A stretch of DNA of 64,000 bases from Spirochaetia bacterium (GTDB taxonomy: Bacteria; Spirochaetota; Spirochaetia; CADAEX01), in assembly GCA_963662795.1 (NCBI GenBank), contig OY759746.1, positions 2,080,001-2,144,000 of the forward strand, given 5' to 3'. The notes beneath the pieces are model-generated. The model made no database searches. It was not told the DNA's origin and worked only from the letters and a program-made list of their open reading frames with translations. Both the position numbers and the translations under genes were made by a program. Below, in pieces: positions 10,190 to 20,725 of this stretch (positions are counted from its first letter, which is position 1; every line of letters begins with the position of its first letter).

Positions 10190-10777
10190 ATGAAAAAAAT
10201 ATTATTTGTTCTGTTTTTTGGATTTTTTACAAGCTTAATATTTGCTGCTCCATTTGGTTTAAAAATGGGTATGACAATAGAAGAAATTGAAAAAGAATAT
10301 GAAGAAGAACCAACATTCATAGAAAATGATATTTATTTGACAAAACCTATAAAAAGTCATCCTCTTTTTAAGTTTTATGCTGTATATGTAAATGAAAAAA
10401 CTGGTTTGTATCAAATCAGGGCTATTTCTTCAACTATTACGACAAATAAATATGGAGCAGAACTTCAAAGTGCTTTTAATACTGTAAAAGATAGAATCGC
10501 AAAAACTTATGGTAAGCCTGAAATTGTAAACAAAGTAGACCCGAACATATCAGAGTTTAATAAAAAGGATGAATTTTGGTTTATGACTTTAAAAGAAGGT
10601 TCCAGAATTCTTTCTGCTGTTTGGGATGAAAAAATAATATTAATCGATGATTTAGATACAGTAGCATTAGATTGTGTAGCTGATAACGGATATTTAGACG
10701 GAACAGCACATTTAACTCTGTATTACTATTTTAAAAATACAGGTAGTGTTGAAGATGAACAAGATGCAGTTTTTTAA
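10190..10777 (+). CDS. Hypothetical exported protein
   Basis: Signal-peptide-like N-terminus MKKILFVLFFGFFTSLIFA; RBS AGGAG. Confidence 0.75.
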   Translation: MKKILFVLFFGFFTSLIFAAPFGLKMGMTIEEIEKEYEEEPTFIENDIYLTKPIKSHPLFKFYAVYVNEKTGLYQIRAISSTITTNKYGAELQSAFNTVKDRIAKTYGKPEIVNKVDPNISEFNKKDEFWFMTLKEGSRILSAVWDEKIILIDDLDTVALDCVADNGYLDGTAHLTLYYYFKNTGSVEDEQDAVF

Positions 10778-10831
10778 TAGTGTAATTGCAATTATTGAAT
10801 TATCTGTTTACTATAGTTTTGGAATTTTATA

Positions 10832-13804
10832 ATGAAGTTTAGTGTTTTTGCCATTATAGCAATATTTACTATTTTTACAATTTTTTACATAAAAAGGCAA
10901 AAAAAACTATCTAAAGAACTTGAAGTAAAAATACATGAATTCCAAGAGCAAATAAACATTTTCTTCACAGAATATTTTGAATTACGAAAGCAATTTGTTT
11001 CCGAATCAGAAAAAAATAACTTTGCTGAAAAATGGCAAAAATTATATTTGGAAATACAAAAGTATCACATTTCAAAGAAGTTGAGTGCATTTGCGGAAAT
11101 AGAGCAATTTAAGGAAACCTATAAAAATCTTCATAGATATATTTCTGAATCAAATGCAGAAATCAAGCGAAAAGAAGAAATAAAACTTCTTTCACTGCAA
11201 ATATCAGATTTTTTTGCTGAATTGTTTGAAATTATAAATCAATATGTTTCTCATTCTGTAGATATTCAATTTACACAAAAATGGAATGAACTTTCACAAA
11301 AAACTGAAAAATCTAATATTCATAAAGATGACGATGCATTTGCAGAAATTGATCGATTTAAAACTGTTTATAAATCTCTTCATGATTACTTTGCTACTGC
11401 AAATGAAAAATACATTCAAAATGAATCGATGAAATATAACGATTTGTTTTCAAGTATAGATGGAAAAACTTTGGACGAGCAACAGAGAACTGCCGTTATT
11501 ACAGATGAAGATAGAATTCTTGTGCTTGCAGGTGCGGGTAGCGGAAAAACGCTTACAATTTCTGCTAAAGTAAAATATTTATGCGAAGTAAAAAATATAA
11601 ATCCAAAAGACATTCTTCTTATTTCATTTACAAAAAAATCTGCACAGGAAATGACAGAACGAATTCAAAATAAGCTAGGAATTCAGGCCGAAGCGACTAC
11701 TTTTCATAAAATTGGTCTTAATATAATCAAAAATTCTGATGGGCAACGACCAGAAATATCGGATGAGAATGTACTGAATCAATTTGTTCATAACTTTTTT
11801 GAAAGCGATATTTTAAATCATCCAGACTTAATAAAAGCCTTAACTGAATATTTCACTTACTTCCTTGAAATCCCCAACAATATGGAAGATTATTCTTCTC
11901 TTGGCGAATTGTATGAAGAAGAAAAAACAACCGACCTAGAAACATTAAAATCAAAATACGATCGGGAAAAATATATTCGTGAAACAGGTGCAGAAAAAGC
12001 TAAAGCTTATACTACTTTAAACAATGAGAAAGTAAAAAGTCTTGAAGAAACAAAGATTGCAAACTTTCTTTTTATGCACGGCATAAATTACGAATATGAA
12101 AAAATCTACCCCTTTGACAGCGCTGACCCGTTAAGAAAAACCTACCGTCCTGATTTTTATCTTACAGATTATGATATTTATTTAGAGCATTTTGGAATAT
12201 CAAAAGATTTTACCGTTCCGTGGCTTTCTCCTGTAGAAGAAAAAAAATATTTAGACGGAATTCAATGGAAGCGAGCATTTCATCAAGAAAATGAAACTAA
12301 ACTGATTGAAACTTATTCCTATTACAGTTATGAGGGTATACTTCTAAAAAAACTTGAAGAACTATTACTTACAAGTGGTGTTGAATTTAAATCTCGTGAT
12401 TTTACGGATATTTTCAATACTGTCTATGCAAGCAAGAGCAACAAATACTTTTCTGAATTTATAAAATTGTGCTGCACTTTTATCACGCTTTTTAAGTCAA
12501 ATAATTATAAAAATGAAGAAATTGAAAATCTAAAGCAGAAATATATTTTTGAAGAAACAAATGAATTCCTTCGGGATCGAACAAAACTTTTTCTTGATAT
12601 AATAAAAATCATTTTAACGGAATATCAGAATTATCTTTCTTCAAACAATGCAATTGATTTTTCAGATATGATAAATAATGCGACTGATAAAGTGATTTCG
12701 GGTTGTGAAATTCCTTTCTATAAATATGTTATTGTAGATGAATATCAGGACATCTCAAAGTCTAGATTTAATTTCTTAAAAGCAATAGCAGAAAGAATTA
12801 ATGCAAAAATATTCTGTGTTGGCGATGATTGGCAATCCATTTATCGATTTGCAGGAAGCGATATTTCCTTGTTTACTGATTTTGAAAAATATTTCGGATA
12901 TACAAAGATTCTTAAAATAGAAAAAACTTACAGAAATTCTCAAAATATTATAGATGAAGCATCTCGTTTTATTTTGAAGAATCCGCTTCAACTCAAAAAA
13001 GATTTACGCTCTGACAAAAGTTTAGATTACCCGTTTGTGTTTTGGGGATTTGATGACGAGCCGAAACAGGCATTACAATATGCAATTAAAAAAATTGTTT
13101 CAGAATTTGGAATAAAATCTTCCATTTTACTTTTGGGAAGAACCAATTATGATATTGAAATTGCAAAAAAGTCTGGACTTTTCAGAAGTGTTTATAAAAA
13201 CAGGAAAGAGCAGTTGGAATATATTCCAATTCATGAATTACGAATTGATTTTCTTTCAATCCATAAGTCAAAAGGCTTGGAAGCAGATAATGTTATTCTT
13301 CTGAACTTCAAGAATGATAAGCTTGGATTTCCGAACCAGATTGCAGATGATAAGGTATTAAATCTTGTCCTTACAAATGCCGATGATTTTAAGTTTGCAG
13401 AAGAACGCCGCCTTTTTTATGTCGCAATAACCCGAACAAAAAACAGAACTTTCATTCTTGCAGATAACAAAAATCCTTCCCCATTTTTTAAAGAGTTTTC
13501 TGAATCAAACTCAGTTTGTTTTGTATCAATCAAGAAAAATACAAACGAAAATCAGACAAACTGTCCGTTCTGCAAAACAGGAAATCTTTTGAAAGTTGAA
13601 CACGAAGGAAAATATTTTGTAGGTTGTTCAAATTTTCCGAAATGTAAATATACTTTGCACGATGCAACAATTCTTTTGAATCCAAAAAAATGTCCTTCTT
13701 GTGGTGGATTTCTGATAAAACGAAAAGGTAAGAAAGGACATTGGTTCAGTGGTTGCACGAATTATCCGTATTGTGAATATACGGAACAAATAAAAAGAGA
13801 ATAA
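10832..13804 (+). CDS. UvrD/Rep (helicase IV-like) helicase with N-terminal TM segment, inserted PD-(D/E)xK-like domain and C-terminal topoisomerase-type C4 zinc ribbons
   Basis: AGAGSGKT, VDEYQD, VGDDWQSIYRF, HKSKGLE, EERRLFYVAITR; YRPDFYL...YLEHFG; CPFC...CSNFPKC and CPSC...CTNYPYC. Confidence 0.88.
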   Translation: MKFSVFAIIAIFTIFTIFYIKRQKKLSKELEVKIHEFQEQINIFFTEYFELRKQFVSESEKNNFAEKWQKLYLEIQKYHISKKLSAFAEIEQFKETYKNLHRYISESNAEIKRKEEIKLLSLQISDFFAELFEIINQYVSHSVDIQFTQKWNELSQKTEKSNIHKDDDAFAEIDRFKTVYKSLHDYFATANEKYIQNESMKYNDLFSSIDGKTLDEQQRTAVITDEDRILVLAGAGSGKTLTISAKVKYLCEVKNINPKDILLISFTKKSAQEMTERIQNKLGIQAEATTFHKIGLNIIKNSDGQRPEISDENVLNQFVHNFFESDILNHPDLIKALTEYFTYFLEIPNNMEDYSSLGELYEEEKTTDLETLKSKYDREKYIRETGAEKAKAYTTLNNEKVKSLEETKIANFLFMHGINYEYEKIYPFDSADPLRKTYRPDFYLTDYDIYLEHFGISKDFTVPWLSPVEEKKYLDGIQWKRAFHQENETKLIETYSYYSYEGILLKKLEELLLTSGVEFKSRDFTDIFNTVYASKSNKYFSEFIKLCCTFITLFKSNNYKNEEIENLKQKYIFEETNEFLRDRTKLFLDIIKIILTEYQNYLSSNNAIDFSDMINNATDKVISGCEIPFYKYVIVDEYQDISKSRFNFLKAIAERINAKIFCVGDDWQSIYRFAGSDISLFTDFEKYFGYTKILKIEKTYRNSQNIIDEASRFILKNPLQLKKDLRSDKSLDYPFVFWGFDDEPKQALQYAIKKIVSEFGIKSSILLLGRTNYDIEIAKKSGLFRSVYKNRKEQLEYIPIHELRIDFLSIHKSKGLEADNVILLNFKNDKLGFPNQIADDKVLNLVLTNADDFKFAEERRLFYVAITRTKNRTFILADNKNPSPFFKEFSESNSVCFVSIKKNTNENQTNCPFCKTGNLLKVEHEGKYFVGCSNFPKCKYTLHDATILLNPKKCPSCGGFLIKRKGKKGHWFSGCTNYPYCEYTEQIKRE

Positions 13805-13810
13805 GAAAAC

Positions 13811-13924
13811 GCTTAACAACTGCTTCAAGCTGATTCGGCTATGTCACGATTCTTGCTAGTCGTCGCTACTCATCTCGGTAAGAATTGCGCCATATACGCC
13901 TCGCAGGTTAAGCAAATATTATAA
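13811..13924 (+). repeat. Inner canonical attC (R' mutated to ATT)
   Basis: GCTTAAC-AACTGC-TTCAAGC...GGTTAA-GCAAAT-ATTATAA; R'' matches GTTAGGC at 10144 with one mismatch. Confidence 0.78.
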
Positions 13925-13997
13925 AACAAAAATAGAAACGGGGGAAGTCCGGCCTTGGCGTTGCCGTGCGGCCTGGACAAGAAGCGATGATACTGGT

Positions 13998-14166
13998 GGA
14001 TAACAGAGGATAATGCGCTTCGCTCCCTTTGGTCGCTTGGCCTGCGGCACACATCGTAGTGTTTGAACTACAACATTTATTAACAACGAGTTTTGAAAAA
14101 TATTATATAGCTTTGGAATATTCATTCTTGGACTACGATGCGTCGCTTATCCTCAGGACGTTATCC
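13998..14166 (+). repeat. Outer attC-like site 7, family B
   Basis: GGATAAC...GTTATCC; unit ~13947-14219. Confidence 0.88.
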
Positions 14167-14280
14167 ACAATATCATCGCAAGATGACACCGCCCGGACCT
14201 CCGGCCAACGGGCGAAGAGTAGAAAAAGACATAATGGTTAACCAATTAAACCGATACATTCAAAGAAAGCAGAGGAATAT

Positions 14281-14628
14281 ATGAAAAAAGAAATTGTTAA
14301 AACACAAAAAGGAGAAATAACAGTTTACAGCGATATTGAAGTACCAATATCAGATGCATCAGATTTTCTTGATCTGCTTGCAAATACTAGTACTAAAACA
14401 ATATCACTGGATAAAGAATATTTAGATAATAGATTTTATGAATTAAGCTCTGGTCTAGCAGGAGAAATACTTCAGAAAGTATCAAATTATAGAAGAAGCG
14501 TGATAATTATAGGAGATTTTATCAATATCAATAAAAAGAGTTTAAAAGACTTTATATATGAAAGCAATAAAACAGGGCAGGTTGTATTTGCCAAAGACTT
14601 GGAAGAAGGAATCATTTTGCTGAAGTAA
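14281..14628 (+). CDS. DUF4180-like protein
   Basis: FYELSSGLAGEILQKVSNY...SLKDFIYESN signature. Confidence 0.82.
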   Translation: MKKEIVKTQKGEITVYSDIEVPISDASDFLDLLANTSTKTISLDKEYLDNRFYELSSGLAGEILQKVSNYRRSVIIIGDFININKKSLKDFIYESNKTGQVVFAKDLEEGIILLK

Positions 14629-15060
14629 TTGGAAAAAAGAGGAAAGATTTTGAAGAAAGATTTAATAGCCGCATGTGGAATTAATTGCTCATTATGTACA
14701 GGCTATCAAAGAGAAAAGAATAAATGCGAAGGTTGCAGGAGTGTTGGCAATAAACCAAAGAATTGCTTGAATTGCATAGTAGTAAATTGTAACAAGAGAG
14801 AAGGGAAGGAAGATTTTTGCTTTTCATGCGATACTTATCCATGCCAGAAAATTAAAAAGCTTGCAAAGCGTTATAGTATGCGGTATGGAGTAGATATTTA
14901 TAAAAATCTTGAAAGAATTAAAGCCAAAGGAATAAAGGTATTTGTTGAAGAAGAAAATGAAAAATGGAAATGTATAAAGTGCAAAGCTTTATTATGTATG
15001 CATAGCAAAAATTGTTTAAAATGTGGTGAAGTAAATCCATATTATATTGGAACTTTATAA
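14629..15060 (+). CDS. DUF3795-like Cys-rich protein
   Basis: IAACGINCSLC...CEGCR...FCFSCDTYPC. Confidence 0.8.
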   Translation: MEKRGKILKKDLIAACGINCSLCTGYQREKNKCEGCRSVGNKPKNCLNCIVVNCNKREGKEDFCFSCDTYPCQKIKKLAKRYSMRYGVDIYKNLERIKAKGIKVFVEEENEKWKCIKCKALLCMHSKNCLKCGEVNPYYIGTL

Positions 15061-15084
15061 TAGGTCTTTAAAAAGGATAAAGTA

Positions 15085-15495
15085 ATGATTTACCATATAG
15101 TACCGGAAAAAGAGTATTTGAAATTAGCTGCAAAAGAGAAATATATCCCAAATAATTTCAATGATTTCGGATTTGTACATTGTGCTTTTAAAGTTTCGGT
15201 TTTATCAGTTGCAGATGACTATTATTCAAAAGTAAAGGATAAGCTTATTCTTTTGAAAATAAACCCTGAGAAATTAAAGTCAGATGTAAAATATGAGGAA
15301 GCAACTCCGGAAGAAGGTTTAGGTAAAGAGCATTTAAATACTTCAAATGTTTTTCCACACGTATATGGGCCAGTAGATAATGATGCAGTTGAAGGAGTAG
15401 GCGAATTGGGGAAGAAAGAGGGAAAATATAGCTGGCCAGTTAAATTCATTCCTTTTGCAGAATATTTGGAAACAAATAAGAAGATAAAAGATTAG
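15085..15495 (+). CDS. DUF952-like protein
   Basis: MIYHI...GFVHC...FPHVYGP. Confidence 0.82.
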   Translation: MIYHIVPEKEYLKLAAKEKYIPNNFNDFGFVHCAFKVSVLSVADDYYSKVKDKLILLKINPEKLKSDVKYEEATPEEGLGKEHLNTSNVFPHVYGPVDNDAVEGVGELGKKEGKYSWPVKFIPFAEYLETNKKIKD

Positions 15496-15545
15496 TCCGG
15501 CCTTGGCATTGCCGTGCGGCCTGGACAAGAAGCGATGATACTGGT

Positions 15546-15737
15546 GGATAACAGCGATTATTTCGCTGCGCTCCCTGTGGTCGCTTGGGCTCCTGCCAGT
15601 TGAGCTGGCAGATCGCCATATTTTGTTTTCATAAAACCGGAATGACATGTGTTTTATGCTCTTCAAGTTTGTAAAAACCAAATAAAAGTATTTTAGAGTT
15701 TAGTCACAAAACATCGAATAATCGCGAGACGTTATCC
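15546..15737 (+). repeat. Outer attC-like site 8, family A
   Basis: GGATAAC...GTTATCC; unit ~15495-15789. Confidence 0.9.
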
Positions 15738-15830
15738 ACAATATCATCGCAAGAGAACGCCGCCCGGACCTCCGGCCAACGAGCGAAGATAGGAAATATA
15801 TTAACTTCAAAATTAAGGAACAAATAATTA

Positions 15831-16514
15831 ATGATTACATTCAATGTTTTCGCAAGAGTTTTTAAAATTAAAAGTGGAAATAATATTGGCACTGCTTTTG
15901 CAATTGATTATAGAAAAAAACAATATCTCATAACCGCTTTTCATATAATTTGTAATCCTGCAGAAATAAATTATGTTGAGTTGCAGTATAAAAATGGGTG
16001 GAAAGTTATTGAAGTTGATATTACTGGATTCGGAGACGAAGAAAATGATGTAATTGTTTTGTCCCCTAAGAAGCAAATAGCACCTGAATGGGAATTGCCT
16101 TTATCAAAAGGGAGAATGGTTATAGGCCAAGATGTATATTTTTTAGGATTTCCATATAATATGACATCTGAGGTAAATGATGAAGAATGGCATTTACCAT
16201 ACCCATTAGTTAAGAAAGCTTGTTTATCTGGGAGTATTGATAATAATAAAAAAAGAATATGGTTACTTGACGGGATTAATAATCCGGGGTTTTCAGGTGG
16301 TCCAGTTGTTTTTCACCCTGTAAATTCAAATAATAGTACAGAATTATACATAATGGGATTAATTAGTGGGTTTAGATTTAATGAAGAAAAAATAATACAT
16401 AATGGATATGAAATTGATTCTTACGTAAAAGCAAATACTGGAATTATTTATGCTATATCAGCATCTAATATTCTAGAAATAATTGAAAAAAATGAAAATG
16501 GGTTTAAATTATAG
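15831..16514 (+). CDS. Trypsin-like serine protease
   Basis: Triad motifs GTAF..LITAFH, ENDVIVL, NNPGFSGGPV. Confidence 0.85.
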   Translation: MITFNVFARVFKIKSGNNIGTAFAIDYRKKQYLITAFHIICNPAEINYVELQYKNGWKVIEVDITGFGDEENDVIVLSPKKQIAPEWELPLSKGRMVIGQDVYFLGFPYNMTSEVNDEEWHLPYPLVKKACLSGSIDNNKKRIWLLDGINNPGFSGGPVVFHPVNSNNSTELYIMGLISGFRFNEEKIIHNGYEIDSYVKANTGIIYAISASNILEIIEKNENGFKL

Positions 16515-16570
16515 TAATACTTAAAAAGAATATTTCTTTTACTTTAAATATTATAAAATATAGAGGTTGT

Positions 16571-17185
16571 ATGATAGATATTTTAAAAGAAGCAATAAAT
16601 AAAATACCAGAGCATTATTATAAATTATATAATCCACGTAAATCAAAAGGCCAACTAGTTGATTATTCTAATGAATATGTTTTTCCTGAAAGAAATTATT
16701 GTACAAATTTATATCATCAATTATTAAATATTATAAATGATACAAATCTCGACATAGGAGAGATGTTTTTTCTTGATGAAGAAATATACAAAAAATATTC
16801 AGGTACATACATTAACGATAAAAGTTTTACAAAAACAAAAAATAGTTTAAAATTCTCTAAACAAGGGTTACGGCCAGATTTAGTCTTACATAAATCTCAG
16901 CAATCAAGAGAGAAAGAGGATCAAAAATTAATAATTGAGTGTAAAACTACTAACAATCTTTTAAAATCAGAATTTTTCAGAGATTTCTTTAAATTAAATA
17001 TTTATAAATCCCAACTGAATTTTCAAAATACAGTATATATTATTGTGAATATGAACAAAGAAATAATTAATAAATATCTAGACGAATATTTAAAAAAATA
17101 TTGGAATATTAAAGAGAATGCTATTTATTTATTGATAAAAGAAAGTTATGGAAGTGAAATAATTGAAATAAAGGTTGAGTACTAA
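16571..17185 (+). CDS. Putative PD-(D/E)xK nuclease-fold protein
   Basis: ERNYC..LYH, RPDLVLH...LIIECK, DFFKL. Confidence 0.6.
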   Translation: MIDILKEAINKIPEHYYKLYNPRKSKGQLVDYSNEYVFPERNYCTNLYHQLLNIINDTNLDIGEMFFLDEEIYKKYSGTYINDKSFTKTKNSLKFSKQGLRPDLVLHKSQQSREKEDQKLIIECKTTNNLLKSEFFRDFFKLNIYKSQLNFQNTVYIIVNMNKEIINKYLDEYLKKYWNIKENAIYLLIKESYGSEIIEIKVEY

Positions 17186-17275
17186 TTTATACAGGCAATT
17201 TTTATATAATTTAATAAACATTAGTCCGGCCTTGGCGTTGCCGTGCGGCCCTGGACAAGAAGCGATGATACTGGT

Positions 17276-17449
17276 GGATAACAGCGGTTGAAGCACTACG
17301 CTCGGATTACCTCGCTTGGCCTTCGGCAAACATCGTAGGATTTGAACTACAACTTTTAGAAACATTAAGTTTTTGAAAGACAATAAATAAAAGCATTGAG
17401 TATTCTATTCTTGGTCTACGATGCTTCGCTTAACCGCGGGACGTTATCC
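17276..17449 (+). repeat. Outer attC-like site 9, family D
   Basis: GGATAAC-AGCGGTTGAAGC...GCTTAACCGCGGGAC-GTTATCC; unit ~17224-17501. Confidence 0.88.
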
Positions 17450-17537
17450 ACAATATCATCGCAAGAGACCATCGCCCGGACCTCCGGCCAACGGGCGAAG
17501 AAAATGTGATCATTTGTAAATATATTTATACATAGAA

Positions 17538-17571
17538 ATATATAGTTTTCTAGTTATTTAATATGTTATAT
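17538..17571 (+). other. Cassette-internal attI-like landing site (carrier 2)
   Basis: ATATATAGTTTTCTAGTTATTTAATAT-GTTATAT. Confidence 0.72.
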
Positions 17572-17658
17572 TTAACTCAATTTGAAAAGGAGAGGAAATC
17601 ATAATTATCATATCTAATTGATTTGGGTGTGTTATAATATATCTATTAATAAAAGGAG

Positions 17659-18735
17659 ATGTTTATGAGTGATAATAAGAAATTCCCAAAAGAATTAGAG
17701 ATTCCAAAACCCCCAGAGCGATATAATAAAAATATAAAAGTGAAAATTAGTAAAGATGATGTTGCAAATGTAAATTTATTTATGATGGCATGTGATTGTG
17801 ATGAATATAAAAGTTCGAATAGAAGTGAATATGAAAAATCAGATATTAGAAGAATGTGTCGTCATATCGCAAAATTATATAAGAAAAAAATTAGAACTGA
17901 TAAAATAGATTCAATTAAAACAATGATGATAGAATCTGGTGAAGGGATTAAACCCTCTATAATTTATTTAGAATCAGAAGAATTGGGATATAGTATATGT
18001 ATCGCATTCCAAATAGGATTACCTTGGATAGATGTTTATGCAAAGAATATAAATGGAATTTATAAAAAGCATGTATATAATTATTCAAACAAAGAATGGC
18101 AAGGTAAAATTTCTTATAATAAAGAACTAATAGATGCTTTAGAGTCTTTTATTTTAGAGAATATTCAAGATAATTCAAATGCTAAAGCAAATGAAAAAAA
18201 GAATGGAGAAGAAAGAAATTACCATCAATATGTAGAAATACCAGAACTTAGTGAAGAATATAATAAAGATATCATAGTAAAAGAAGATAATAAGAAATAT
18301 AAATTGAACTTGTTTAAAATGGAATGCTCTTGCAAGGAATTTGATAAGAAAAAACATTATAGGTTAGGTGATTCAAGGAGAATGTGTTTTCATTTAAGAC
18401 GAGAATTTTGGAATACAACAGAGTTTAAGAAATTAAACAAACTCGAGCAAACTCTTATAAAGAATAATTATGGTAATAAAGATAATCTATTTATTTTTGA
18501 ATTAAAAAATGATTTAAGTTTTGCCATTTCATATGATGATGATAGAGAAGAATATTCAAGTTGGTATAATGTAATAGCCAGAAAGAATAATGGGCAATAT
18601 ATCTGTTATGCTTATAATCCTTATAGTAAACGATGGGCAAAAGACAAAAATCCAGAATTATACAAAGAAGAAATTGAGAATTTAGTAAATAGTATTGATA
18701 TTTTCGCTCAGAAAGATATAGACGAAGAATATTAA
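17659..18735 (+). CDS. Protein with two tandem SWIM-like zinc-finger domains
   Basis: Internal duplication NLFMMACDC...RRMCRH and NLFKMECSC...RRMCFH (CxC...CxH). Confidence 0.7.
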   Translation: MFMSDNKKFPKELEIPKPPERYNKNIKVKISKDDVANVNLFMMACDCDEYKSSNRSEYEKSDIRRMCRHIAKLYKKKIRTDKIDSIKTMMIESGEGIKPSIIYLESEELGYSICIAFQIGLPWIDVYAKNINGIYKKHVYNYSNKEWQGKISYNKELIDALESFILENIQDNSNAKANEKKNGEERNYHQYVEIPELSEEYNKDIIVKEDNKKYKLNLFKMECSCKEFDKKKHYRLGDSRRMCFHLRREFWNTTEFKKLNKLEQTLIKNNYGNKDNLFIFELKNDLSFAISYDDDREEYSSWYNVIARKNNGQYICYAYNPYSKRWAKDKNPELYKEEIENLVNSIDIFAQKDIDEEY

Positions 18736-18741
18736 GAGTAA

Positions 18742-18880
18742 ATATAACAAGAGATTTGGAGTAGTCAAAATTTATTGACACGATTCTGGCTAAAGACGTT
18801 CGGGCAATGGCCCTCACTCCAGAATCGCGCCAATTCCGCGAAGACGCGGACCAATTTTGCTACTCAAATCGTCGTTATAA
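18742..18880 (+). repeat. Inner canonical attC
   Basis: ATATAAC-AAGAGATTTGGAGTAG...CTACTCAAATCGTC-GTTATAA; R'' complementary to GTTATAT at 17565. Confidence 0.85.
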
Positions 18881-18949
18881 AAATAGAAACGGGGGAAGTC
18901 CGGCCTTGGCGTTGCCGTGCGGCCTTGGACAAGAAGCGATGATACTGGT

Positions 18950-19141
18950 GGATAACAGCGATTATTTCGCTGCGCTCCCTTTTGGTCGCTTGGGCTCCTG
19001 CCAGTTGAGCTGGCAGAGCGCCATATTTTGTTTTTATAAAACCAGAACAACATGTGTTCTATGCTTTTTATGTTTGAAAAATCAAATAAATGTATTTTAG
19101 AGTTTAACCACAAAACATCGAATAATCGCGAGACGTTATCG
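18950..19141 (+). repeat. Outer attC-like site 10, family A
   Basis: GGATAAC...GTTATCG; unit ~18898-19194. Confidence 0.9.
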
Positions 19142-19236
19142 GCAATGGCTGGGCGAAGAGAACACCGCCCGGACCTCCGGCCCACGGGCGAAGAAAATAT
19201 TAAAACCAAAACAATTATTAAATTAAAGGAAGTAGA

Positions 19237-19638
19237 ATGATGATTAAGAATTATTATTATTTTGTAGTAGGAATACTTTCAATACTTTTTGCGATTACAC
19301 ATGCACTAAATGGACAAGCTGTAATTTTACCTTCTCTAGAAATTGAATTAATAAGCATAGAAATAAGAACAATATTCTTTTATGTGTGGCATATAATATC
19401 AGCTGAAAACATGTTATTTGGAATTTCTTTTTTAATTATGGCATTTTATAAGAAATTGGAAAAAGTTAGATTTACAGCATTTGTTATAGCTGCTTTAATG
19501 GTTTTTCGCTGGGTTATAATATTTTATGGAACTTTTATGTATAATCGCCAAGGACTCAGGAATATAACAATCGATACTGTTGCAATTATAATATTTACAG
19601 CCCTCATTATTTTAGGAACAAGGGTTAAGGATAAGTAA
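19237..19638 (+). CDS. Hypothetical membrane protein (about 4 TM)
   Basis: Four hydrophobic stretches. Confidence 0.72.
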   Translation: MMIKNYYYFVVGILSILFAITHALNGQAVILPSLEIELISIEIRTIFFYVWHIISAENMLFGISFLIMAFYKKLEKVRFTAFVIAALMVFRWVIIFYGTFMYNRQGLRNITIDTVAIIIFTALIILGTRVKDK

Positions 19639-19714
19639 AACTTTATAAACTTGAAAAATATGAGTTGAAATAAAATAGAACTGCCTTTATGCTTATGGCA
19701 GAACAGAGGATAAA

Positions 19715-20266
19715 ATGAATACAGCATTGGTAATAATTGATGTTCAAAATGATTATTTTCCCGGCGGAAGAAAAGAACTAAAAGGAAGTCTTGAAGCTTT
19801 AGAAAACATTCAAAAAGTTATTAACAATTGCAGAGAAAAACATTATAAAATCATCTTTATCAAACATATAGCAGTTAAACCAAATGCAACATTTTTTATA
19901 AATGGAACATCTGGAATTGAAATACATAAAGGAATAGAGCCCGAAGAAAATGATGAGATCATAATAAAAAATTATCCTAATAGTTTTCGGGAGACAGATT
20001 TAAAAGAATATTTAAATAGAAATCAGATCACAGATTTAGTTTTTACCGGCATGATGACTCATATGTGCGTAGATACAACAGTCAGGGTAGCTTTTGATTT
20101 AGGATATAGCAGTATTTTAATTTCAGATTGCTGTGCGACATTAGATTTATCATATGAAAATGAAATGATTGAAGCTAAAGAAGTTCAAAATGCATTTCTT
20201 GCAGCTTTGAATGGAACTTTTTGTAAAATAATAACAACAGAAGATTTTATAAAAGAAAAACAATAA
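19715..20266 (+). CDS. Isochorismatase-like cysteine hydrolase
   Basis: ALVIIDVQNDYF, K..PNSF, GMMTHMCVDTT. Confidence 0.93.
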   Translation: MNTALVIIDVQNDYFPGGRKELKGSLEALENIQKVINNCREKHYKIIFIKHIAVKPNATFFINGTSGIEIHKGIEPEENDEIIIKNYPNSFRETDLKEYLNRNQITDLVFTGMMTHMCVDTTVRVAFDLGYSSILISDCCATLDLSYENEMIEAKEVQNAFLAALNGTFCKIITTEDFIKEKQ

Positions 20267-20350
20267 ACTCTGGTATAACAAAGTACTTGGAATAGAAGAA
20301 GTCCGGCCTTGGCGGTGCCGTGCGGCCTGGACAAGACGCCCAGCCACAGC

Positions 20351-20504
20351 CGATAACAGCGAATGACCGGTTCCGGCTGTTTCTAAGGAAACAGCCTCCA
20401 CCCAAATTGCCGAAATAATACATGTTAAGAATAATGGAATAGAGTATAAACTTTTGGAGTGAAAAACACCATCGGCAACTTCGGTTATTCGCGGGACGTT
20501 ATTT
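20351..20504 (+). repeat. Outer attC-like site 11, family C
   Basis: CGATAAC...GTTATTT; unit ~20301-20557. Confidence 0.88.
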
Positions 20505-20725
20505 GCAATACCTTCGCGAAGAGAAAATCGCCCGGGCCCCTGGCCGACGGGCGAGGATGTGCAGGATAATAATGGTATATGTTGAATAGATACTTTAGGT
20601 GTGTGAAAACAGGTATTATCTAAATAAATACATAAAAGGCTTCTGATAGTTTAATGTGTTACCTGTTGATATAAACCAAAAAATGAACTATATTTAATAA
20701 TATAATGGTTCATTTGGAGGTTTAT

